Shown here piece by piece: positions 54,969-63,333 of a stretch of 64,000 nt of DNA; position 1 is the first letter of the stretch, and each line of letters begins with the position of its first letter. The stretch is from an uncultured Candidatus Saccharibacteria bacterium (lineage in GTDB: Bacteria > Patescibacteriota > Minisyncoccia > Phycocordibacterales > JACOZG01). A model generated the notes under the pieces. That model searched no databases and was not told where the DNA came from. It saw nothing but the letters and a program-made list of their open reading frames with translations. The stretch lies in contig CAZYXJ010000001.1 in the NCBI GenBank assembly GCA_964651115.1, forward strand, positions 106,509-170,508, written 5' to 3'. A program made the translations under genes and the position numbers.

Positions 54969-57296
54969 TTATAGTTTTTTAGCCTTAATGCGAAGTGAGT
55001 TCGACACCACGGATACCGACGACATAGCCATGGCAAATCCAGCAAAGACTGGGTTCAAGAGCCATCCAAAGACCGGATACAAAGCTCCGGCAGCGAGTGG
55101 AATGCCGACAATGTTGTAAATGAATGCCCAGAAAAGGTTCTGTTTTATTCCTCGCATGGTGATCTTTGAAAGTTTGATAGCTTTCACCAGCTTTGAAATA
55201 TCTCCGCCGAGAAGCGTGATACCGGCCGACTCTATAGCAACATCTGTTCCGGTCCCCATAGCGATACCGACATCTGCCTGCGCAAGTGCTGGAGCGTCAT
55301 TTACGCCGTCACCAGCCATTGCAACCACTCGACCTTGTGATTGCAAATCCTGAATCTTTTTCAACTTATCTTCAGGAAGCACATGTGCAACAACATCATC
55401 AATGCCAACAAGTGAGGCAATATATTTTGCGGCCTTTTCATCATCTCCAGTAAGCATAACCACCTTGATACCGAGAGCATGGAGGTTCTTTACCGCTTCC
55501 ACTGATTCCGCCTTTATTTCATCCGCCACCATGACAAAACCGAGGACCTTTTCTTTGGTAGCGAGAATAACTGGTGTCTTGCCTTGGGAAGTAAACTCAT
55601 TAAGCTTAGCAGTGTCAAAAGAAACTCTAAGGTCGCTTACTAGTTTTGTATTACCAACAAAGTATTCAGTGTCTTTAATGGATCCTTTAAGTCCCTTGCC
55701 CTGGATACCCTCAAAGTTAGAGACATCTGATACGGAGATATTTTTCTCCTGGGCATAATTTACGATCGCATGAGCAATAGGGTGTTCAGATTTTTTCTCA
55801 AGAGAAGCGAGGATCGAAACCAGCTCATCATCTTTTAAGTCAGAAAGATTTTGTATATCTACGAGAGTCGGTTTTCCTTTAGTGATCGTCCCTGTTTTAT
55901 CAACCACCACTGTATTTACCTTATGTAGTTTTTCAAGTGTTGCAGCATCCTTGATGAGAATGCCTTCTTTAGCTCCCTTACCAACTCCCACGATGATTGC
56001 TGTGGGTGTAGCGAGACCAAGGGCGCATGGACATGCGATAACCAGTATTCCCACAAACGACACAAGACCAAACGAAAGAGCTTGAGAGAAGCCAAGATAT
56101 TGCGAACCTACGATAAGCCACGTCCCGAGAGTGAGGAATGCAATCACCAGAACAATTGGCACAAAGATTGCTGAAATCTTGTCTGCCAGTGCTTGAATTG
56201 GAGCTTTGCTACCTTGAGCATCTTCAACCATCTTTATAATCTGGGCCAGGAGTGTTTCGGACCCAACCTTGGTGGCCTTGAAAGTAAATGAACCGCTTGT
56301 GTTTATGGTTCCGGATACGACACTGTCACCGATTTTCTTCTGAGCAGGCATCGGCTCTCCAGTAACCATCGACTCATCAATAAAAGAGGACCCTTCGGTG
56401 ATAACGCCATCTACAGGAATCTTTGCGCCTGGCTTAACGATAATAAGATCACCATGCTTGACCTCATTTACTGAAATCTCCACTTCCTTTCCGTCACGAA
56501 TAACCAGTGCTGTTTTTGCCTGCAGGTTAAGGAGTTTTTCTATAGCATCACCTGTCTTTATTTTCGATCGAGCTTCAAGATATTTGCCAAGGGCTATAAA
56601 AGTAATGACCACAATCGTGACATCATAGTATTGGTAGTCCACGTTTATAAATGGACGTAGAGCTTCTTCAAAAGCAGTGACAGCAAAGCTATATAAAAAT
56701 GCGGCAGTGGTTCCAATACCGATAAGCGTATCCATGTTTGCCTTGCCGTATCTAAGGAATCGATAAAAACCCATGAGGTATGGTTTACCGACAACAAACA
56801 GGATATATGTAGCTAGTATCGGAAGAAGATGGTGGATAAATTCTTTGATCGTATAGCTCATTTCAGGAACCGCCTTGTATTGAGCGAGAATATCCCATCC
56901 CATAACGAGTGCTGCGAAAATTGCAAGAGGAATGGCAGAGAATAATTTTGTTCGCATATCAGCAACTTCAGCAAGCTTCTCTTTCTTGGACTGATTGAGT
57001 CCCAGATGTGCCGCATGTTCATCTGCCGACATACCCATCGCTTCTGCTGATTGACTACCATGGTCATGTGACATTTCTTGGTCCAGAGCCAAGGAGTAGC
57101 CAAGTGGCTCTATTTTCTTTGAAAGCTCCTGCGCACTTGTTTTTGATTCATCAAAGACAACCTTCGCTTTTTCGGTCCCATAATTTACTTCAGCAGAATG
57201 GACTCCCTCAGTCTTCTTGAAGGTCTTCTCAATAATGCCAGCGCAAGAAGCGCAATGCATTCCTTTTACTCTGTATGTTTTAGTGGGATGATTCAT
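54969..57296 (-). CDS. copA: Copper-translocating P1B-type ATPase
   Basis: It has an HMA domain GMHCASCAG, the TM metal site CPC (ACPCALG), the phosphorylation site DKTGTIT and the hinge GDGVNDAPAL. The start was chosen at MNHPTKTYRVKGMHC (57296) rather than the upstream ATG at 57362, which would overlap csoR by 62 nt. Confidence 0.88.
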   Translation of the reverse strand: MNHPTKTYRVKGMHCASCAGIIEKTFKKTEGVHSAEVNYGTEKAKVVFDESKTSAQELSKKIEPLGYSLALDQEMSHDHGSQSAEAMGMSADEHAAHLGLNQSKKEKLAEVADMRTKLFSAIPLAIFAALVMGWDILAQYKAVPEMSYTIKEFIHHLLPILATYILFVVGKPYLMGFYRFLRYGKANMDTLIGIGTTAAFLYSFAVTAFEEALRPFINVDYQYYDVTIVVITFIALGKYLEARSKIKTGDAIEKLLNLQAKTALVIRDGKEVEISVNEVKHGDLIIVKPGAKIPVDGVITEGSSFIDESMVTGEPMPAQKKIGDSVVSGTINTSGSFTFKATKVGSETLLAQIIKMVEDAQGSKAPIQALADKISAIFVPIVLVIAFLTLGTWLIVGSQYLGFSQALSFGLVSFVGILVIACPCALGLATPTAIIVGVGKGAKEGILIKDAATLEKLHKVNTVVVDKTGTITKGKPTLVDIQNLSDLKDDELVSILASLEKKSEHPIAHAIVNYAQEKNISVSDVSNFEGIQGKGLKGSIKDTEYFVGNTKLVSDLRVSFDTAKLNEFTSQGKTPVILATKEKVLGFVMVADEIKAESVEAVKNLHALGIKVVMLTGDDEKAAKYIASLVGIDDVVAHVLPEDKLKKIQDLQSQGRVVAMAGDGVNDAPALAQADVGIAMGTGTDVAIESAGITLLGGDISKLVKAIKLSKITMRGIKQNLFWAFIYNIVGIPLAAGALYPVFGWLLNPVFAGFAMAMSSVSVVSNSLRIKAKKL

Positions 57297-57300
57297 ATTT

Positions 57301-57567
57301 TTATTTGCGCTTGAGCTTATAAACCTTAAGAATCTCATCGACAGCTTTCTTTTCACTGCCATGCTTCATTTGGTGAACGACATGTGTAGAAAGATGATTT
57401 TCAAGGACCAGGTTCTCAATCCCAGTGAGTGCTTCCTTAATAGCTGATGCTTGAGTAATAATATCGATACAATACTTCTCATCCTCCACCATCTTTTGGA
57501 GTCCTCTAATCTGTCCCTCAACAATTTTTAATCGGCGAATAGCTTTTGTTTTTATGTCTTGTCTCAT
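57301..57567 (-). CDS. csoR: CsoR/RcnR-family copper-sensing repressor
   Basis: 88 aa. It has a ..YCIDI...H...H.. arrangement of metal ligands and a coiled-coil fold signature. Confidence 0.85.
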   Translation of the reverse strand: MRQDIKTKAIRRLKIVEGQIRGLQKMVEDEKYCIDIITQASAIKEALTGIENLVLENHLSTHVVHQMKHGSEKKAVDEILKVYKLKRK

Positions 57568-57575
57568 ATATAGGT

Positions 57576-57604
57576 ATGATACCCCTAGGGGGTATATGAG
57601 TCAA
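57576..57604 (-). promoter_or_regulatory. csoR-copA promoter (TTGACT-17-TATCAT) with embedded CsoR operator ATACCCC-TAG-GGGGTAT (57579-57595)
   Basis: On the minus strand, -35 TTGACT and -10 TATCAT are separated by 17 nt containing a perfect 7-bp GC-rich inverted repeat. This matches known CsoR operators (ATACCC..GGGGTAT type). The ATG is ~8 nt after the -10, implying a leaderless or very short-leader mRNA. Confidence 0.7.
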
Positions 57605-57746
57605 CTGTGGATTTCTACACCAGAGCCAATTGTTCGCTCGTCGGCCGGACCAAAGGATAGATTCCATCCTTCAAATTAGGGATGTAATGGTAGTTACTTG
57701 TGGTCCTAAAATAGGTAGTTATTTCATCAACGACGCGGAGCAAAAA

Positions 57747-57775
57747 TTGACAAGTTAATCTAATTACTCTATGGT
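57747..57775 (+). promoter_or_regulatory. Near-consensus sigma70 promoter TTGACA-17-TATGGT
   Basis: Divergent from the csoR promoter, ~60 nt upstream of the ORF at 57838. Confidence 0.5.
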
Positions 57776-57837
57776 AAAAACTAGAGTTTGTTATCAGAAA
57801 AATTGAAACCCTCAAACCCAAGAAAGGGCGGTGTATT

Positions 57838-58134
57838 GTGGGTAAGTTGTCTCAACAGACAACCAGGAGCCTTGTTATAGAAGCATCTTCAGAAAATTGT
57901 TCAAAAGAACGCCGAGAAGAAATTCGCGGCGAGCTCATGAGAGCAATCGATTTCACAGAGGAAGACAGTCTCTATCGTGGACCCGTTGCCATCACGAGAG
58001 AATTGTTTCTCCAAGCAACGGAGGCGAACCCCCGACACCTTCTTGGTTTATTGCCTATGTTCCTTATGATGTGCGGTAATGGGGTCGAAGGGGAAAAGAA
58101 CCTCACCGCCAAAATCGATTGGTCTCTCGTATAA
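57838..58134 (+). CDS. Hypothetical protein
   Basis: 98 aa, preceded by a good promoter and followed by a strong terminator. Confidence 0.35.
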   Translation: MGKLSQQTTRSLVIEASSENCSKERREEIRGELMRAIDFTEEDSLYRGPVAITRELFLQATEANPRHLLGLLPMFLMMCGNGVEGEKNLTAKIDWSLV

Positions 58135-58136
58135 AG

Positions 58137-58197
58137 CCCGCTCCGGCGACGAACGGAAACCTTCCGTTTGTCGTATCGGCGGCGGGTTTTCTTTTTC
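58137..58197 (+). terminator. Rho-independent terminator
   Basis: Stem gacgaacgg/ccgtttgtc with a G-U wobble, extended by outer GC pairs, followed by ttttcttttt. Confidence 0.6.
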
Positions 58198-58288
58198 CAA
58201 AAAGTTCTCCTCCTTCGCTTAAGCTTCGGAGGACAGGTCACATCCTCAACCAGGTGGAGCCAGTTTCGAATTTTGATATACTTCGCTT

Positions 58289-58798
58289 ATGAAAATACCA
58301 TTCTTGCTTCTACTCGACGGCATGACTGGCTCAGGCAAAACGACCACTTCCGAACTTCTTGCTAAGCAGATTCCAAGATTGGCAACCATCGGCATTGATC
58401 GAGTCAAACTATTTCTTTCTGATTTTGAACGTGGTGACAGAGACAACGATATTGCCAGGGACATTATTCTATCGATGACACAAATATATTTTGATAACAA
58501 TATATCTGTTATTGTCGATCAACCCATCAGAACGCGAGAAATTAACGTGTACGAAGCTATTGCGAAAAAATATTCCGTTCCGATCTATAAAATTCAGCTT
58601 GTGACATCGCCCGAAAATGCATTTAAGCGAATAGTTAACCGAATGAAGACTTGGACCAACCCCACCTCCGAGGAGCAAGTCAAAAAGAATATCTCATTCT
58701 TTAAAAGTAAAAAAGATATGGGTTTTACTCAAATAGATACCACCGCCCTACAACCTAATCAAGTTGCCGAACAAATAATCGAATTACTTAATTCCTAA
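58289..58798 (+). CDS. P-loop NTPase / small-molecule or nucleotide kinase-like protein
   Basis: 169 aa with Walker A LLDGMTGSGKTT at the N-terminus. Its size and layout resemble AAA_33/zeta-toxin-like kinases. Confidence 0.5.
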   Translation: MKIPFLLLLDGMTGSGKTTTSELLAKQIPRLATIGIDRVKLFLSDFERGDRDNDIARDIILSMTQIYFDNNISVIVDQPIRTREINVYEAIAKKYSVPIYKIQLVTSPENAFKRIVNRMKTWTNPTSEEQVKKNISFFKSKKDMGFTQIDTTALQPNQVAEQIIELLNS

Positions 58799-58891
58799 TT
58801 TTCCCTTATTATTGACAATATATACTTTGCAGTGTATAAAGCTGAAAGCTCTTTCACACAACCAAGGCCGATAAGGCGAAAGGAGTTAGTC

Positions 58892-59398
58892 ATGAGGTGG
58901 AAAAAGTTCCGTAAGCTGCAAGCTCAATACCCCTTCCTCGAACACGATCTGGGCTGGGGCTGTGTACTACCCAAAATCAAAAAGTTCGTCAGGACAAAGG
59001 TCGACTACATTGCCTTCCGTCCGTTCGACGAGCTCGAACTGAACGCAAAGCCAGTCTCGACCGGCACACCGCTCCAGAGCGATTACGTCCACGTAAAGAT
59101 GGTGGAGTACTACAAGACAGTCGACTACCACCTGATTTTCCACATTGAGGGCGAGGAGCAAGGTGCTCGCCTCCGCTACGTGACCGACCAAATCGGAGAC
59201 GGCAGCATCCAAGCTCACATCGACGATGTCACCAAATGGTTTGAGGGTTGCGAACTCTTTCGCGGCAAGAAACTCATCTGGGAACGCGTCATCAAACAGG
59301 CCACGAGCGGGAGCACGCTGATGGGCATGTCCAACATGAGCTTGGAAATCTATGAATTTCCCCCAACGCTCAATCCCGCTCAACAGAAGGTCGCCTAA
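58892..59398 (+). CDS. Hypothetical protein
   Basis: The start was placed at MRWKKFRK because AGGAG lies 8 nt upstream. 168 aa with no recognisable motifs. Confidence 0.4.
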   Translation: MRWKKFRKLQAQYPFLEHDLGWGCVLPKIKKFVRTKVDYIAFRPFDELELNAKPVSTGTPLQSDYVHVKMVEYYKTVDYHLIFHIEGEEQGARLRYVTDQIGDGSIQAHIDDVTKWFEGCELFRGKKLIWERVIKQATSGSTLMGMSNMSLEIYEFPPTLNPAQQKVA

Positions 59399-59435
59399 CT
59401 CGCGACCCAACCGCCTCAACAAAAGAGAACCATCT

Positions 59436-59759
59436 CTACGTTGAGGTGGTTTTCTTTTTGGCCAGTTTATTCAAAATATATTTCTGCGACGGACTAATTG
59501 TTTTATCTCGACGGTGGACACAACCCAGCCAACAACAGGGCCGGCGCTTGCCGCCACCAAGATCGGTCACTGCTCTCTGGAGATGCTTGTTTCTCGTCTC
59601 TATCGTCTCAACCGAGATCACCCAACAAATCCATTCGTTACGCGCCAGTGGCGTAATGCTTTCCCAAGTAGCCAGAGCCTTGGGAGCAGCGAGCAGGGCC
59701 CGGCGCAAGTCAGCGGGCAGTTGGTGCGCCGGGCCGCCAGAAATTTTTTTCTTAACCAT
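59436..59759 (-). CDS. YdeI/OmpD-associated family protein (DUF1801-like)
   Basis: 107 aa. LPADLRRALLAAPKALATWESITPLARNEWICWVISVETIETRNKHLQRAV matches the conserved pattern of this family. Preferred over the overlapping plus-strand ORF. Confidence 0.5.
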   Translation of the reverse strand: MVKKKISGGPAHQLPADLRRALLAAPKALATWESITPLARNEWICWVISVETIETRNKHLQRAVTDLGGGKRRPCCWLGCVHRRDKTISPSQKYILNKLAKKKTTST

Positions 59760-59845
59760 CGTTAACCATTTTAGCAGGTCTTGTTAAAGCGGTTTTCTTT
59801 TTGATAATTGTGGTGTAAGGTAGAAAATAGAAAGGAAGGATCAAA

Positions 59846-60370
59846 ATGTCTCTGTTACCGCCTCTATACATAGGTAGTGTCGTCAAGGTAATTGGCGACC
59901 ATTGTGATTTTTTGGGCAAAGAAGGCCAGGTTGTGGGCTTAGAATCAGCAGAAAAGGAAGGGGGTAAGGAGATCGCCCGCGTCTGGTTTGGCCGGGAAAT
60001 CGATTATCTAAACGACCGCCGAATACAGGATGATCTGGGACCACACGCAATTGAGCCCCCACCATCCAACAAGCAAGCTGACGATCCTCGAACTTGGTCC
60101 TACTCCCGCGACGATCTAACGATCTGCTCCACGTGGAGCATGAAAACCCTAGCCACCAGATACTTTGGCAATCACTGGAATTGCTGGCAAGAACCGCTGA
60201 CACTCTTTGTCTCCGGGACTAATCCCTGCCAAGTTGCCAAATGCCCCCAACTGTCTGTCCGGCGGATTATCGTTAACATTTGGGGCACAGTCTGCACCGC
60301 TGATGTCTGCACTGCCTGCGCGGTCAAATATCACGGAAGAATGTTTGAGATCTTCCCCTGGCGTCAGTAA
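59846..60370 (+). CDS. Hypothetical protein with Cys-rich C-terminus
   Basis: 174 aa with a good SD (aaggaagg) upstream and C-terminal CxxxxC...C..C..C spacing. Confidence 0.4.
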   Translation: MSLLPPLYIGSVVKVIGDHCDFLGKEGQVVGLESAEKEGGKEIARVWFGREIDYLNDRRIQDDLGPHAIEPPPSNKQADDPRTWSYSRDDLTICSTWSMKTLATRYFGNHWNCWQEPLTLFVSGTNPCQVAKCPQLSVRRIIVNIWGTVCTADVCTACAVKYHGRMFEIFPWRQ

Positions 60371-60382
60371 GGACAGCCAACG

Positions 60383-60410
60383 AACCCCTAGACGGAAAAG
60401 TCTAGGGGTT
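60383..60410. other. Perfect 11-bp hairpin between convergent genes
   Basis: aacccctagac-ggaaaa-gtctaggggtt. The flanking U-run is weak, so it may be a terminator or a regulatory stem. Confidence 0.4.
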
Positions 60411-60421
60411 TAATCTTGGCA

Positions 60422-60622
60422 CTAAGCGGCTTCCCACTTCTGCTTCATTTCCCGACCCCATTTTTGGGGATCCTCGGCATGCATTTTCTCCATTTCACTA
60501 GCGACTTCGGGATGATTATTAATGACGTGCTCCGTCATTACTTTAACCATTTCGTCCCAAGTCTCAGCCCTAAGCTCCTCATCGCAACTGCCGCCTAATT
60601 CCCGACAAGTTAAAGTTTTCAT
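60422..60622 (-). CDS. DUF1059-like small Cys-containing protein
   Basis: 66 aa. MKTLTCRELGGSCDEEL... resembles the DUF1059 small-protein family. There is a good SD (aaggtggag). Confidence 0.45.
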   Translation of the reverse strand: MKTLTCRELGGSCDEELRAETWDEMVKVMTEHVINNHPEVASEMEKMHAEDPQKWGREMKQKWEAA

Positions 60623-60740
60623 GTCTCCACCTTACACTTCAGAAATGAAAGGGGCGTGAATGACTTTACCGCTGGAGAGTTGTACGGTAGTCTAAAAAAC
60701 AGACCCGATCTTAAGGCCCATCAAGATAAGGAGAACGGCC

Positions 60741-61193
60741 GTGCCTCAACCTTTTCGTTCCCAAGGGTTCTTCATTGCCGGGAGTAGCCATACTCCCAAC
60801 CCCAGCAAGCTGCCCGCGCCCACAAAACAGTGCCGAGTAATCTGGCTAAGTTTGTTAAACCGAAGTTATAAGTGCGGGCATCGCAACAGCCGCCGCTTTC
60901 GGGTCAGCGCCTTCGGTCGGGAGACCAAAAATATCTCCCAAATCGAGCGCTGTCCCACCTGCTTTCTGGAGTGGATAAAGCAGCACACGATCTTCTGCGC
61001 GCTGTGTGGCTTGCCCATTATGTCGGGAGACCCAGTTGTTCTGTATGATGATATGGTGGGAGTAAGGGAGGAAGCAACCCGATTTGGCAACAGCGTTTTT
61101 TGCTGCACGCGGAATAATTGTTCTCCTGCGGCAGTTGATATCCCTTCCGGCCACTGGTCCACCGAGGGATTTAAACCATTAATTATCGGGTAA
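60741..61193 (+). CDS. Hypothetical Cys-rich protein
   Basis: 150 aa with many Cys in C..C pairs. The start is uncertain. It is followed by a strong terminator. Confidence 0.3.
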   Translation: MPQPFRSQGFFIAGSSHTPNPSKLPAPTKQCRVIWLSLLNRSYKCGHRNSRRFRVSAFGRETKNISQIERCPTCFLEWIKQHTIFCALCGLPIMSGDPVVLYDDMVGVREEATRFGNSVFCCTRNNCSPAAVDIPSGHWSTEGFKPLIIG

Positions 61194-61203
61194 ATACCAA
61201 CCA

Positions 61204-61238
61204 AGCCCGGGTCTTACGACCCGGGCTGTTCCATTTTT
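61204..61238 (+). terminator. Rho-independent terminator
   Basis: agcccgggtc-ttac-gacccgggct (perfect 10-bp stem) followed by gttccattttt. Confidence 0.65.
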
Positions 61239-61251
61239 AAGCTAAAGAAAT

Positions 61252-61599
61252 TTATGGCGTCGGCAAAACGAGCGTCGTCGCTTCGATAATCTTATTAGTC
61301 GACGGTCGATAGAGAATCACCTTGCGTGTCGCCGCGAAAACCAAAATTTTGTCACCATTTTCGGCTTGAGCAAAAAATGGTTCGTTGGCCACCCGACTCT
61401 GATCAACCACCGTCGCCACACCCGGCACCTCATCTGGCACCATCATCAACTCGCCCACCCGGTCGCGCAGCTCCACCGCCTCACGCTCCACCGCCGCGCT
61501 ACCAGAGTCAACTTGGTGCCCCTGCCCCAAGCGATAGGCCACCACCAAGCCAACCAAGATAATTACTGCGACAATTAATTGTTTTTTAGTCATATTCAT
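61252..61599 (-). CDS. Hypothetical membrane-anchored/secreted protein
   Basis: 115 aa with an N-terminal TM. Confidence 0.4.
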   Translation of the reverse strand: MNMTKKQLIVAVIILVGLVVAYRLGQGHQVDSGSAAVEREAVELRDRVGELMMVPDEVPGVATVVDQSRVANEPFFAQAENGDKILVFAATRKVILYRPSTNKIIEATTLVLPTP

Positions 61600-61608
61600 G
61601 AATATAGT

Positions 61609-63333
61609 TTACTTGCCTTTTTCGATCCGTTCAATCTGTTTGGCGACATACTTCTCCAAGGCGTCAATATTGCGCTCCAATTCCGCCACCACCACCTCCT
61701 GCTCTTTAGACAGCGGCCGATCGCTACGGGCAGATTGTAAGAGAGACAGATGAGCTGTTAAATCTTCTTTGACGAGACCAAAGGCACGATGGATGCCATC
61801 ACGCGCCACTCGCGCGCGGCGCCGGACCCGATAACGGTAGACGCTAATGCCGTACCACAGGACGTAAACAACAAAGACAAGAAGGAGACAAGAGCCAACA
61901 ACTGGCACAATAATCGACAAATACTTCATCACCCACGGACCATACTGCGCCACCACCGAATCAGTAATTTCAATCGTCGAGGCGGCAGAACGAGCACTTA
62001 GAGGACCGGACGGACCAATCACTTCCGCGGAGATCTGCCAGCGACCCGCTCGATCAAGGTCCCCGGTCCAAGAAAAGGCGCCGGCATCATCGGCTACCAC
62101 CGTTACTGGTCGACGGAGTGATCCTTCGAATTCCGCCAAGATCGAAACGCTCGCGCCGGCGCCCACTCCCCGTCCTGTAACTGTAAATTCTTGATTGGCC
62201 GGAACGCTGGTCGGCACAAAGTCGAGAGTTGGAGCAGGATCAAGCGGCACCTCCAAAGCCAACTCAGACTCCGCGGTGTTACCCGCCCGATCAATAACTC
62301 GAACCACAACTTCGTGCTGACCAGGTTTATTAAAGGCCAAGCGATAAGCGCCATCCTTGACTGACTCAGCCGCCACCTTAACTGGCGCATCAGCCCCCAC
62401 CGCAATTTGATACTCAGCAATTCCCGAAGTTGCATCCTCTGCCGCCAGCTTAAAGTCAATCGCCCGCTCGATAGTATTGTAAGACGCCAAGGCGCGTAAA
62501 TTCTTCGGCGGCGTTAGATCGATCTTGATCGGGAAATGCGCAATGCCGCCCCAGCCAGCGGAGTTCTGGAAACGAAGATGGAAGTACCACGTCCCGTCAG
62601 TTAAGTCCTTGAGCGTTTTGCTGGCGATCGCCGGTTGATAATTTACATAAGGGACCGAATTAGGAAAGCTGCCCAGCAGAGTTTGGGCGGCGGTCACGCC
62701 AGCTGGCACCGTCCAAGTTAACTCAGCCACCGGAGCCGAATACCAGGTCGCCGAATCGGGGTGGGTCTTGGAAACAATTTTAGGCGTCGCCGGAACAGCC
62801 GGCGACGCGATCACCGGCCAACTGGCCACAACTGGAGTCACCGCAGGAACCGTGGTCCCCGATCCCAGCGCGACAGTAATTGGAGCTGGGTCGTTAGTTA
62901 AAACATCCGTCCCCTGGCCATCATTGGCTCGAACAGCCGAAGAGGCCGTGACGATAGAAGCACTCCCACTCTGCTTGGCGCGAAAAATGATCGTCAAAAC
63001 CTGACCCGTCTGTCCGCTGTAGCCCGGATTGGGAATGCCGCCGTTAAAAATTACTTCTCCTGCAGCATTAGAAAACGAAGGACCCTCCACCCACAGTGGC
63101 AAAATGGATCGATCCTTATTAATCGACACTACTTCCAAAAGATCGGTCGGAAACTTAATCGTCCCTTCCACTGCATTGATCGCCACGCCGCCAGTATTGA
63201 CGGAGACCGTCAGCGTCACCAGATCACCTACGCCAAAAGAGCTCGCCGAGGGAGTGAGCTGGAGCGTAGCCGCGCGCACCAAACCCACAGGCAAGACCAA
63301 CGCCAACAAAATACTTAAGATAAATCGCTTCAT
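61609..63333 (-). CDS. Large surface protein with Ig-like beta domains, C-terminal TM and cytoplasmic coiled-coil tail
   Basis: 574 aa with a signal peptide, Thr/Val/Ala-rich beta-sandwich-like repeats, a TM (LSIIVPVVGSCLLLVFVVYVLWY) and a basic, helical C-terminus. Confidence 0.45.
   Translation of the reverse strand: MKRFILSILLALVLPVGLVRAATLQLTPSASSFGVGDLVTLTVSVNTGGVAINAVEGTIKFPTDLLEVVSINKDRSILPLWVEGPSFSNAAGEVIFNGGIPNPGYSGQTGQVLTIIFRAKQSGSASIVTASSAVRANDGQGTDVLTNDPAPITVALGSGTTVPAVTPVVASWPVIASPAVPATPKIVSKTHPDSATWYSAPVAELTWTVPAGVTAAQTLLGSFPNSVPYVNYQPAIASKTLKDLTDGTWYFHLRFQNSAGWGGIAHFPIKIDLTPPKNLRALASYNTIERAIDFKLAAEDATSGIAEYQIAVGADAPVKVAAESVKDGAYRLAFNKPGQHEVVVRVIDRAGNTAESELALEVPLDPAPTLDFVPTSVPANQEFTVTGRGVGAGASVSILAEFEGSLRRPVTVVADDAGAFSWTGDLDRAGRWQISAEVIGPSGPLSARSAASTIEITDSVVAQYGPWVMKYLSIIVPVVGSCLLLVFVVYVLWYGISVYRYRVRRRARVARDGIHRAFGLVKEDLTAHLSLLQSARSDRPLSKEQEVVVAELERNIDALEKYVAKQIERIEKGK

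Larger units (their letters stand above)
39334..58800. mobile_element. Putative integrated low-GC element (serine recombinase, Rep-like protein with iteron-like region, type I R-M with accessory genes, Fic, copper resistance)
   Basis: There is an abrupt drop from ~60% to ~40% GC starting right after tRNA-Asn, with a large serine recombinase gene at the junction. GC rises again near 58.8 kb. The cargo is typical of integrative elements. Confidence 0.55.

Noticed and set aside
57297-57362. Longer copA start (MAVKRKLSMRFLRFISSSANKN...)
   Set aside because: It would overlap csoR by 62 nt and add a non-conserved basic extension before the HMA domain. The start at MNHPTKTYRVKGMHC gives a 4-nt gap and a typical CopA N-terminus. 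No SD is evident for either, so this remains uncertain.
57615-57821. 68-aa minus-strand ORF between csoR and the divergent promoter
   Set aside because: It overlaps the TTGACA-17-TATGGT promoter and the csoR regulatory region, and has no RBS or recognisable sequence. It is likely spurious.
57838-58798. Toxin-antitoxin pair (98-aa ORF plus P-loop kinase-like ORF)
   Set aside because: The two ORFs are separated by a strong terminator and a ~150-bp gap and are probably not co-transcribed. Neither matches a known TA family by eye. Mentioned only as individual genes.
59446-59787. Plus-strand 113-aa ORF overlapping the YdeI-like gene
   Set aside because: The translation is low-complexity (Arg/Ser/Leu-rich), whereas the minus-strand frame has a clear family-like pattern. 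Kept the minus-strand call.
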